A stretch of DNA of 58,364 bases from Cercozoa sp. M6MM (Eukaryota > Protista > Endomyxa: Ascetosporea). Position numbers and translations under genes: made by a program. The stretch lies in the NCBI GenBank assembly GCA_040357565.1, contig JBDODJ010000070.1; one strand, written 5' to 3'. Shown here piece by piece: positions 1 through 10,613 of this stretch (position 1 is the first letter of the stretch; the number at the start of each line of letters is the position of its first letter). The notes below the pieces were generated by a model that worked only from the letters and a program-made list of their open reading frames with translations, was not told the DNA's origin and did not search any database.

Positions 1-19
1 CCCCCCCCCCCTTCCGTAG

Positions 20-1374
20 ATGGCAAAAAGACGTAGTGGCGGCGCTGTCGCACTTTGCGCAACGTCGCACTGATCGGTATCCGCTTAACCCTTTTCCTAT
101 TTCACCTCCCTAACCCCCCCTTAGGACGAAAGGCACGAAGGTGCAGGGAGTGCAGACTCCTTCGCAGTCGCGCTATGTGGCCTACTTTGAGAAGTGGCTA
201 CAGATGCCGCTGCTGGCTCATGTACCCCTCCCCCACACACCCTTTACCCCTTACCCCCCCTCCGACAGGGCCGCGAAAGCGACGTGTTGGCGCAGCAGGC
301 GAAACTGAGGTTTCACTCGCTCGTGCTGGGTCCGTTCGACCAGGACCTCCGCGTGGACGGTCATGCCGATGACGATTTGTTCCGCGCGGACATGTCATCC
401 ACGCCTGTTCCATTCAGGTGCTGCTCTTTACCTTCCTTATCCCTAGTTCCTTATCCCTACCTTACCCCCCCCCGTGTGCAGTGAAAACGCGCTACTGACG
501 CGACTCGAGACTCAAGTGGAACGATCTGAAGACCTGGAGGGTAGGGGGGTATGGGGGTATGGGTATGGGGTATGGGGCAAAGGGGGCATAAATGTGGTGG
601 ACGAAGAGTAGCGGATGAGGAGAACAACGAGGACGAGGAGTTGCGTCTGCTGAGTGGACAGAGTCAGGCCACTGGCAATGCCGAGGCACGGCCTGGCGAC
701 TTTGTGGCCGAGCTGCTGTACTGGCCACTGGAGACGGTGCTGCTGTCTTGCCCACCCCCCACCCCACCCCTTTACTCCCTATCTCTAGGACACTTCAAAG
801 TGGATGCCGACGAGTACGGACGATCTGCGCACGCTTTCGTGTGAGCCGGGTCCTGGTAATCCCCTTACCACTTCCCTACCTCTTACCCCCCCCCCGTAGC
901 CCCTCAGTTGCTGTTTTCGCGTGTGTGCGATCGGTCGAACTTTCCGCGTGCTGTTTCGGTTCGCGCTGATACGGAGATTCCGCTGCAGGTGTGTTTCTTT
1001 CGCTGTATCCCCCCCCCCCCGTTTACTTCCTGTGCCCACTCGCAGGGTGACGTGCAATTGCGCTTCTTCCGCGTGGACAAGAAAAACCAGCAGAAGCTTT
1101 TGTGCAGCTGCTTCCTGCACACATGTAACTTAGTCTTACCCCCTCCTACCATTATCCTACCCCTCTTCCCAGCGTTCGTGGAACTCGATGCGCGCGGACG
1201 TTTTCATATCCCGAAATTGCGACTAGACCGATTGCACAAGGTAACTTCCTTTTAAGAGTATAGTTTTTAGTATCGCAGCTTTTAGAAACAACTCTGGTCG
1301 CTCAGGATGGAAAACACAAGAAACTACCGCCACACTTTGCACTCTACGTGCAAGCTGAGCAGGTGCACGAGTGA
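20..1374 (+). CDS. PTEN/TPTE (VSP)-family lipid phosphatase, 3' part (end of phosphatase domain + C2 domain); multi-exon, 5' end outside the window
   Basis: Spliced translation gives WQKDVVAALSHFAQRRTD|RTKGTKVQGVQTPSQSRYVAYFEKWL (TPSQxRYVxYF motif). C2-like segments follow: IPLQGDVQLRFFRVDK..LCSCFLHT, RLDRLHK|DGKHKKLPPHFAL, stop TGA at 1372-1374. Confidence 0.85.
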
Positions 1375-1598
1375 GCCGACCGCTCGATCGACTCGCCTGA
1401 CGTAATCAGCTGCAGGACCACGCGCACATGTTCACTCTAAACGGAGGCTCGAAGTGTCGAGCGACTACTGTAAACCACTAACGTTTCACTCGACTCCGCG
1501 CGGAGAGAACGTTAAAATAGACGTCCGTTTGCGTTCGGTTGACTGATTGCGTTAGTGAGTTAGTTTAGTCCACTAAGAAACCAACTGCCGTACGTGTA

Positions 1599-3565
1599 TC
1601 AGTCCTCATTTCCACTGACGGACTTGAGACTCGGGCTAGCGTAGCGTCGCGTTACTCGCGTAAGAATACTCAATCGAACGAATCGAATGAACCTTAACAA
1701 CAAATAAATCTTCGGGTGTGACGCGAGTCGACGCCACCTCGCTGAACCGACCCCTTCAAGCAACATGCGCATCGTCGATCCCAAAGGGGGCCGCCTGTGT
1801 TTGTGCGGGTGACTGAAGTTCGGAATGGGTGCCGCCGTGTCTCTTCTGCAGCAAGGCGTCCGTCAGTCCGCCGCCTCTACGATGGTCAAGGGTAAAAGCA
1901 TCAGTACAAGGCAGATGGAGTACCCAGTCTCGTCGTCGTAGGTGGTAGACTGAGACTCTTCACGCAACTGGCGCATCTTGTCGTGCCACTCGGCGTGCTC
2001 TTGTCGCACCTGCTCTGACTGCGGCTTCACCACCTCGAAGAAGAACCACTCGACCTGCCCAGGGGGGGGGGGGGTTAAGGGGGATCAAAGAGGGTAAAGG
2101 GGGGGTAAAGACACACCTGAGCGACCATGACGTTGAGGATGACGAAGATGAACAAGAAGCAGAACGAGTACAGGTACACACGACTCCACTGCGTACAGCA
2201 CACTCAGACACATCGCCCCTATAATCACAACCATATGGATTTCAACTGTCTACCACTGGCGCATACGATGTCAGCGCAAAGAACGACTCGAGCACCTATT
2301 GGGGGGAGGGGCAGGGAGGTAAAGAAGGATGTTGGCGGGGTAGGAGGGTGGGGTAAACTATACCTGGTCACCGTTCATCACAGCGAAGAGCGTTTTCATC
2401 GAGGTGCCACTGTACACCGACAGTACGCAGTTATAATACCAACTGCAGCCTTAACAAAAAGAGGGAAAAACGCACAAGTCGGCAAACAGGTTGTCGCTGT
2501 AGTTGATGGCACCACCACCTGCAATATATCGTCATAAATCCCGTTCAGACCACCCTTCCCCCAAATTAAACCAATACCGGCGGAATTGAAAATCATGACG
2601 CCAGCCACCGTGAATCCCAGGAACAGCGGCATTGTACTGACCTGTACACAAAGTTACTGGTCCAAATAGACCAGGTAAAATTGGACGGGACATGCTGTAC
2701 CAGTGTACGGCCGAACACAGGCGTTGCCTTCTTCATTGCTTGTACCTGATGGGACAAAATGGTAACTTGGTTTGGGGAGGGATAGAGGGGAAAAAGGGTC
2801 GGAAAAGGGCAAAACATACGAAAGCCGTGTCCGTACGCGACCACTTGGCGGTGTAGTCCAGCAGCATCACGTAGGATAGTGCACAACCTAACCCTGTGCC
2901 CACACATCTGTGCAGAATAGCCACTTTGATTTGTCTGTCTCTACCAGTCCAAAAACGCGTGACATCGTTGCTATGTGCCCGACCAGCAGACAAAGCCGTC
3001 AGATACAGCACTGCACCGAGAATCTAAAACAACAAAAGCAGGTAACTCTACAAAGACCAAAACCTCAAAATACGAAAAAGCACAGCTCACATTTGCACAA
3101 TCGCTGACGAAATCTAGCAGTGTCCAAGCCGAGAATTCGCCTCCTTGCCACAACTGCGGCACCAAACGCCAGCTCGATCGCCAATCTATTGCCAGAAATC
3201 CGAGAATTCCGCAGTCTTAACAAAAACTGAAGTCAAACAGAATTCTGTGTACCACTGCGATTGATAGAATCGGTGAATCGTTGGACGCGCGCAAAGCAGC
3301 CTATTCCGACAAGTATGGTTTTAGAAGGATAGACATAGCGAGGATTGACAGATTGAAGTTTCTTTCTCGATTCTGAGAATACAGTTAAGGGAGCGAGTGG
3401 TACCAGTTTCGATGGCCAGCAAGGCCGCCAACGACAGTGCCGACAGCGCGAGTTGCAAAGCCGCCAGCAGCGTGTATCGTCCGAGTGACACGTACTCGTC
3501 CGACGTGTCGCACCGTCTCCAGTCTGCGTGCACAAGAACAAGTGTGTGTGTGTGTGTGTGTGTGG

Positions 3566-3611
<46 letters not shown>

Positions 3612-3906
3612 NNNNNNNNNNNNNNNNNNNNNNNNNNNNNNNNNNNNNNNNNNNNNNNNNNNNNNNNNNNNNNNNNNNNNNNNNNNNNNNNNNNNNNNNN
3701 NNNNNNNNNNNAGAAGAGGTACCAGATCCAACAGAGCTGAGTGAAAGACGAAAGCTGCACCGATCGCAGCGTGAACAGTGCCTCCAGTTTCGAGGCTAAA
3801 AATAAAACAGGATTTAAAAATACAAACAAAGTACATAAAAATAACAAAAAAACAATTAAAAAAACAACAACAAACAAAAACAACAAAAACAAACAAAAAC
3901 AACAAA

Positions 3907-3941
<35 letters not shown>

Positions 3942-4901
3942 CGAGAAAAAAAACAGAACAACGCAATTAAAAACAAAACAACAAAAAACAAAACAACGCA
4001 ATTAAAAACAAAACATTGGAAACAAAACAAAAAAAAAAACAAAAAACAAAAACACCACAACAAAAAACAAAAACCAAAAAAAAACAACAGATACAGAAAA
4101 ACAACAAAACTGACCCTTCTTGAGGAATTGGGTTTGTGCCGCCACGTGCGCCTCGTCGCCGCTCGGATCGAAAATTCCGCGCGCTTGCCGCGTTTGCGAA
4201 GAGAACTGCGGCACCCGAGGTTAAAGAGAGCACACGGGAGTGGTATTTCGGTGAACCAAGAGAGTCGTATTGTCCGGTGACTCGTCGTCAAACACGGTGT
4301 GCACGGTGACATAAGGCACCTGACCACGACTGTGCAGTTCCTCCTGTCACATGCCAGGTTAAGGGAGTAAAAAAATAAAAACAACAAAAAATAACAGTAC
4401 TGGCACACGCGGATCACTATTGCTCAAGAACTCCGCGTGGAAGAAAGAGTCTGCCGCGTTCTATTACACGGATACATACACACACACGGAATGAAATTAG
4501 TGTGATTACATCAGGCAGTCCAAAAAACGAGTCGGTAAAGTCGTTCACTAGTGCTGTCACTTGTGACACAGTGTTTACTACACGTGGGCAAGAGACGAAA
4601 GGTAACGGCTAGGAAGTAAACGGAAAGGAGGAGGGCCAAAACAGACAATACACTCCCGTTGCTCATGCTCGTCGAGTCCCAACAGTTTCGGCCATCTCTG
4701 GCGCATTGCTACACCGCAAAAAGCGTTTCTCCAAGCGTTTTTCAAGTCATACAAAAGACACAAAGCGGATACAACTGTACCACGCTCGTATGGCGAGTCA
4801 TTTTTCGACCATAAAATTATTTGAGCTGATGACACGATCACTATCGCAACCTGCAGCAGGAGCGGAACGAGGGCGATAACTGCACTTAGTCGATTCTCCA
4901 T
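1599..4901 (-). CDS. Mucolipin/TRPML-like cation channel, multi-exon, spans the N gap
   Basis: N-terminal LLQVAIVIVSSAQIILW (S1-like), MPLFLGFTVAGVMIF (S5-like), pore SMKTLFAVMNGD (cf. mucolipin LFSLINGDD), S6 WSRVYLYSFCFLFIFVILNVMVAQ (cf. LYLYSFISLFIYMVL). ATG at 4901, stop at 1599. Confidence 0.8.
3541..3711. repeat. (TG)n microsatellite running into a 100-N assembly gap (3612-3711), intronic
   Basis: Seen directly in the sequence. Confidence 0.95.
3800..4110. repeat. A/C-rich low-complexity (AAAC-like and CA) tract within a mucolipin intron
   Basis: Seen directly; it explains the spurious 394-aa and 179-aa ORFs. Confidence 0.9.
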
Positions 4902-5040
4902 ACTACACACGCGCACCAGCACACATTGTACACTCTAAGTTGAGGAATTTGATGTTTTTTATGTTTCGCGATATGAAAACTAGAAATCTAGTCAGAGTTT
5001 CAAAGTTGTGCGGGCTTGTTTTACTACAGCTTTCGCTACA

Positions 5041-5429
5041 ATGCCGTCTCTCGTGGGTGACGTCGCGAGTGAGGTGTTGATTTTACTTTTTGACCCCATC
5101 GATCTGTGAACTGTTCCGAAGGCTTTAAAACCTGGCGAAATTGGCGCCAGTGTTCGGATGCTTTGGATCGTGCTCGGTTTTACCGGTGGGGTGACTTTTC
5201 CGCCTCTGAACTTCATAAGGATATATTTGCGTGTCTTGCAGTGCTCGTGGCGCTCGCGCTGAAATCGTTTGTCGCTCTCTTGTTTCCGTTGGCACTGGGC
5301 GCTGCCTTGTGGCATGCGCAGAGCAGCGGCTTGTTTGACCAGAGTGCAGAACCGGAGAAGGCTGACTCCACTGACAATGGCAACGCAAGTGCTGCCGTTG
5401 GTGCCGAAAGTGACAAAAAGAACGATTAA
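5041..5429 (+). CDS. Small ER membrane protein with a KKxx end, possibly Pkr1-like (V-ATPase assembly factor)
   Basis: With two introns removed: MPSLVGDVASE|ALKPGEIGASVRMLWIVL|VLVALALKSFVALLFPLALGAALWHAQ...ESDKKND*. Hydrophobic hairpin plus dilysine motif. The Pkr1 assignment is by recalled resemblance only. Confidence 0.5.
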
Positions 5430-5535
5430 TTCGACCGAAATTGACGCGAACATTTGTTGAATTGAACAGATTTCGATCGCAGTTCAGTTTAAACGGGACG
5501 GGATATATCATATACAAAAAGCGAAGCGCTCGCGA

Positions 5536-8456
5536 TCACAGCGTGCCACTGCGTGCTCGAACGCGTTCAGTGTTTGAGTCACAAGAGGAGCTGCCAAGCT
5601 CGAAGTCCGCGTCTAAATCCAGAGGCAACTCCACCGACAGCGAGAGCGACGAGTCGTTCACTTCTGGATCACCGACACAGTCGGTGGGATCGCTGGTGTT
5701 GTGACTCGAACTTCGGTGTCGCAGTAGCACTTGTTGTGCTCTCTGTGGATGTGCACAATAACACACCAGCCACACACTGGCGGACAGGCATACCATCGCA
5801 TGGAACACTGGCAGTTCTTGCGCGCGCTTGCGAAGTGAGTTGATTTCGTGCTCATCCAGACCAAACTCTGCGTCACGCCTAAACACGCAGGTATGTACAA
5901 AAAAATGAAAACTCAACAGATCCAACTAAGCTTAACGTACGAAACGGATTCCCTTTTGGCATTGAAGGACGTTGCACGCGGCCTGACTGGAATTTCTGGC
6001 ATTGTCTGCAAGGCACTCAGTTGCAACAGGAAACCTCAAGAGACAAAAGAACAAGGCTACTCTTTCGGGAGGTGGCGTCACACACTCGCGCGAACGAGAG
6101 CGCAGTCTGGTTTTCTATCAGAACGACAGCAGCAGGTTACACAGCAGGTTTGTAGCCTCTGTATATCACAGGGATAAGTTACCAAACGAGAGACCCAAGA
6201 CGTCGACCGCGCTCGTGTCGACACTGGTTTCTCTGGTGAGAACTCGGAGTCATCTGCAAAGAAAGCCCAGACAGACTGATCGATTTGAACGATCAACAAG
6301 GAACCAATGCACCTGTACTGAGGTACTCGGACTCGGGAATCACGGCGAGCGAGTCGGAGATTGTCGAGGACAGCGACGGCGATCGCGAGTGTCGCAGCAC
6401 GGCATCATCTCCCCACGGATTTTGAGCCTTGCTCGCTAATCACACAATGTAACGTTAAAAACAAATTCTTCCTTGGCAACCTTCAAAGTTACGAAGTTCT
6501 AGTTGTTCCTTCTGCTGCTGCCGTTTGAGCGCACGTTGCTGCAGCGATGACGACAGAAAATGTGCTCTAACGCACACACGAAGTGCCGGCGCTTTCGACT
6601 CAAGCTCCACCAATGCCTCTGTCCAAACCACAGACAATTCATCACCCAAGACCGCAACACAAAACGCAGCAAGCGTACTGCTTTTGTCGCCGACCAAACG
6701 TAACGGCAGCCACTGGGAAAAATGAGAAATCTTGACAGGCGGAATGACCAGTCAAATGACCAGTCAACGAAAAACAGAAAAAGTACGCGAGTGTATTGGA
6801 AGCGAACGTCCTTCTTGCCATCCCGGCACTTCCTCGGAGTGATCTTGTCCTTCAAGTCAATCGTTGCAGTTGCGTACAGTCGTCTTCTCCTCTGAATTAG
6901 AATCAACAATCCTATCTGGATAAAATAGAAAAACGCAAAGCTGGTACACACTGCAACGCCGCCAGTTCGGCGTCTTCCTCAGCCGCAATGTTTTCGTACA
7001 TTCGGAAGTCGTCATTCGTATCACACTTGGCCTCATCGTCATTGTCATTGTCAGTGTCATTGTTATCATTGTTATCGTCAGTGTGACCAGTCGGATCGCC
7101 CTTGTTTTTCTCGTTCTTCTCAAAGGCAACACTTTCGCTAGTGAGGTCGCCAAAAGAGCCGCGTCGCTTTCGCACCGTCCACATGGCACGTCGTTTTTGC
7201 CGGTAGCTTTCAACATCGAGAAGTGGATGTCCTCTGCAAATGCACAGCATATCACAGAAAGTCCCTGAATATGGCGAAATGTACCTGTCATCAACGGGAC
7301 CGATCCAAACGCGAACTTCGAACACCTTGGGTTGGAAACTGCGCGGCGTGCGCTGTCCTGACACTGGTGCGGATTCCCTACCCCACCCACACATAGCAAA
7401 GATAATTAAAGGCCAAGGGAGAATAATGGAACAAAGGCTTTCTACCAGTAGAGATGAGAAACAAAATCGAGACTGCCAGAGAAACGAACGTCGTGCCCGC
7501 GATTGTTGCTACCCGAACGATTGCGCGAATGTCTGCTCGAGGTTTCGATTGCGTAGGCAGCCGTCAGTTCGCCTACTCGACTCAAAAAATGCTTCTTTTT
7601 GCGCGAGAGCTCGACATAAACGCCTTCGTGCGGCTGGGTAAAAAATAAAAAGCATTCTCGTAGGATCAACAGATAGATCATTAAACCATACCTGCAATTC
7701 TTCAACGAAGCGAAGATTCCGCGTTTCAAAAAAGCGCACACTGAATCCCATTAAGCAAAGAAAAATCATTAGCAAACAAACATCAGGTGAACCGCAACAT
7801 ACGAGAACTCGAATTCATTGCACGGCTTGTTGAGGTGCCGAAGAAACTCAAGACGTGACATTAGGAACTTTCTGCTCTTTCTTCTTGGTTGTTTTAGAGG
7901 TGGAGGCGGGCCTCTCAACACTGAAAAATAAACGTTTAGAAGGTTACATCATTGAGCAATGGACTGTACCTAGAGGAAGCCGCGAAGAACCAGAGTCAGA
8001 ACGACGTGTCTGTTTCTTCTTTTTCAATTTCGCCCTCTTCGGACGCGGCAATCGTTGTCGGAACGACCAGAGATTCGCGGGATCGACAAAGTTCTCTTGC
8101 GATGCAGCTGGTGTTGAAGGTGCACTAAAGCTATGAAACTTTGCTCTGCGGCTTCGATTTGGAACAGAAACACTTGCCGCAGCCGAGACAGGCGACGGCG
8201 AGTCGAGGTCTGCATTAGAACGAGACCTTGAGACATAACTGCTTCGCATTTGCAAACTGAAAGCACGCGGTTTTGGGACAGCCGCGGCTTTATTTGGCCC
8301 AGGGGGCGCACAAGCGTGCATTGGGAGCACTAAGCCTCCGCAAAACGTCAAAACCTCGGCATGCCCGGTCCGGGAAAGTCGGAAAACAGGAAACTCACAT
8401 GGTCCGAAACCGTCATGCCGTGTGCAAAAGGGACCGGACGGACCATCAGATCCCAA
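5536..8456 (-). CDS. Hypothetical multi-exon protein, Ser/Asp-rich low complexity
   Basis: Chain of minus-strand exon-like ORFs bounded by GT-AG introns (e.g. FSAPSTPAASQENFVDP, DTNDDFRMYENIAAEED, EFGLDEHEINSLRKRAQELP). No family recognised; start uncertain. Confidence 0.55.
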
Positions 8457-8806
8457 CCGGAAAGTAGAAAGAAAGCGACGCTAACCCAAAAAAGGTAAGG
8501 AAAGCTTCGTACCGACGTAGGTTAAATTACAGAAGGAAGCTGGTTTTTGGTCACTGTGAAAAACCGCGCTTTGACAGTGACCAGCAGACAAAAAAAATAC
8601 AATTTATCTGACCAGTTGGGCGCTTTCAAATCGTCTCTGGGTGCTAGTCGATTCTCAACAGTGTGTAGAGATGCATGCACTCGTCAAATCGCAGAAACGG
8701 GGATAATCAAAATCAGCACTGTAGCCACCAAGTGCGTGAACTGGGACGCTTAGTGTATATCAAGGTGAGCTGCAAACTTTCATAAAATTAACGAAGTAGT
8801 AGCACT

Positions 8807-10495
8807 ATGCAGCGCACAGTGAGAGCTCTGAGACGCGTGCGGGTCAAGGTATTCGAGCACACAGGATTGACGGGGTGTGTATATTTGAGATGTTTGTATT
8901 GTTTGGACCAGCCTGCACGTTGCTTTGGTGCTGGCGTGCAAGAAGTTCGGGATTTCGATCCCGAGGCGCACGAAGCCCTCGAGCAGCAAGAAGTGGATGC
9001 TTTCGAGCGGTATCTTATGTTTGTAAATGCAAGGTGTGTGTGTTGTATTGCGCTGCTCTGTGTGACAGAGGTGAGATGCAACAGGTGCCAAAGAAGGAGA
9101 CGCTTGAGTTCTTCCCGCCACAGTTGCAGCGAGAGATGGCATTTCATTTGAAGAGTCGGTAGACTACGTTACAACAAGCTAGCTGGATTATCACATGTTG
9201 GATTCCTAGAGGTGTCTTTGAGTGCCCGAACTTCTTGAGTCGTCGTTTGGCCAAGCTAGGTATCCATGGGCTTTTCAATGCATCTGTGGGTTATCGCAAC
9301 TTTGACGTTGAGCAGTCCAAGACGAAGCAGTGGATCTGTACAAGCGAGGCAAGGCAGTGCCAACCAAGACTCTGTAAGCACGTAGCACTTCCCCTTAAGT
9401 CGAAATATGTGTGTGTGTTTTTGGCGCAGTGAGTTCGTCGAGGCACTTTCGGAAGAGGAACGACAGCAGGCGTTGGATGAGGTCGATTGCATCTTTTGCT
9501 TCTCTGTGTGCTACGTGTGTTGCCTATCCTTTCTTTCTCTGCAGGGCATGGAGGAGCAAGAGGATGGCACCTTTGTGACTGAGTGCGTTGTGCCTGGTTC
9601 CTACGGCTACGAAGTGCAAGGCGACGAGGCCAAGAGGGAACGCTTGGTACATCACTGCCTCCTCTCCTTTCACAAGTCAATATGATGGTAGTCAAGTCAA
9701 TATGATGGTCATTACCCTGTGGTCTCTCAGGAATCCGTGGTGTTCTTCGTGTCCTCGCTTGTCAACGAGGTGCCAAAGTTCCTGCGCGAGCGACTGCCGC
9801 AAGCTGCGCCGCTTTCGCAGGACGGTAGCTTTCTCTCTTTAGCATACCGTTTTAACAGTACCTGAGCTGAGTACCTGAGCTGAGTACCTGAGCTGAGTAC
9901 CTGAGCTGAACGTTTCTCCTGCAGTGTTTGGTGCTAAATTGGACTACTTTTTGGACGGTGCCGAGATGCCAATCCACGTCGACAACGGCAGCGGCGGTGC
10001 CGACGGTGACTTGCGCAAGCTGACCATTGTGTATTTTGCCGGAGGTGACGGTGTCGAACTGAACGAAAAGAAAGACGAAGACACGCCGGATGGTATCGCT
10101 TGGTGACTAGATGAGGCTCGAAGGGGGCAGTGAAGAAAGTGTGTTGCAGTGGAAGTCGGCGGCGCACTCACGCTGCTGCCGCTGGATGGCCAGGGCGGAC
10201 ATATCGAGGTCAAGGCGGCCCCCGACACACTTGTGGCCTACTGGAGCGATCTCGTGCTGCACGAGCACAGCACTGTGCAACTGCCGCCTGATCAGAAGGA
10301 GAATCCTCTGGTCACGCTGACGACCTGGCTTGCTGCTGGTGCTTTGTTTTCCCTCTTGATTCAATTTATCGTATTGTTTCATTCTTGTCGTGCACAGAGG
10401 ATGCCTCGCACATTGATCGTTTCGAAGACTACCTGGAACAAGTGATTCCGCAGCAGCAGCAGCAACACCAAGGCAGCATTCCGATGCCGCAGTAA
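8807..10495 (+). CDS. 2OG-Fe(II) dioxygenase, EGLN/PHD prolyl-hydroxylase-like, with a putative mitochondrial presequence
   Basis: IHVDNG..DLRKLTIVYF, GGALTL..DTLVAYWSDLVLHE (HxD...H facial triad; cf. EGLN HVDNP..CITCIYY, FWSDRRNPHEV). N-terminus MQRTVRALRRVRVK|PARCF is Arg-rich and lacks acidic residues. Confidence 0.75.
9858..9908 (+). repeat. Intronic tandem repeat (GTACCTGAGCTGA) x4
   Basis: Seen directly. Confidence 0.9.
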
Positions 10496-10613
10496 ACGAA
10501 CCGTGGGATCGCGATCGGATGAAATTTAAGTTCAAAAACTCCAACTCAGCATTTCCAGTTGTTAAACAACTGACGTGACACAACGCAACGAACAGCCGCT
10601 CATCATGCGCACG

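Noticed and set aside
3233-4417. 394-aa minus-strand ORF and overlapping long ORFs
   Set aside because: Produced by low-complexity intron sequence, TG repeats and Ns; only short parts are real mucolipin exons.
9858-9908. Regular direct repeats resembling a CRISPR array (also 45310-45405 and 52537-52600)
   Set aside because: No unique spacers, no cas genes, and an intronic eukaryotic context.
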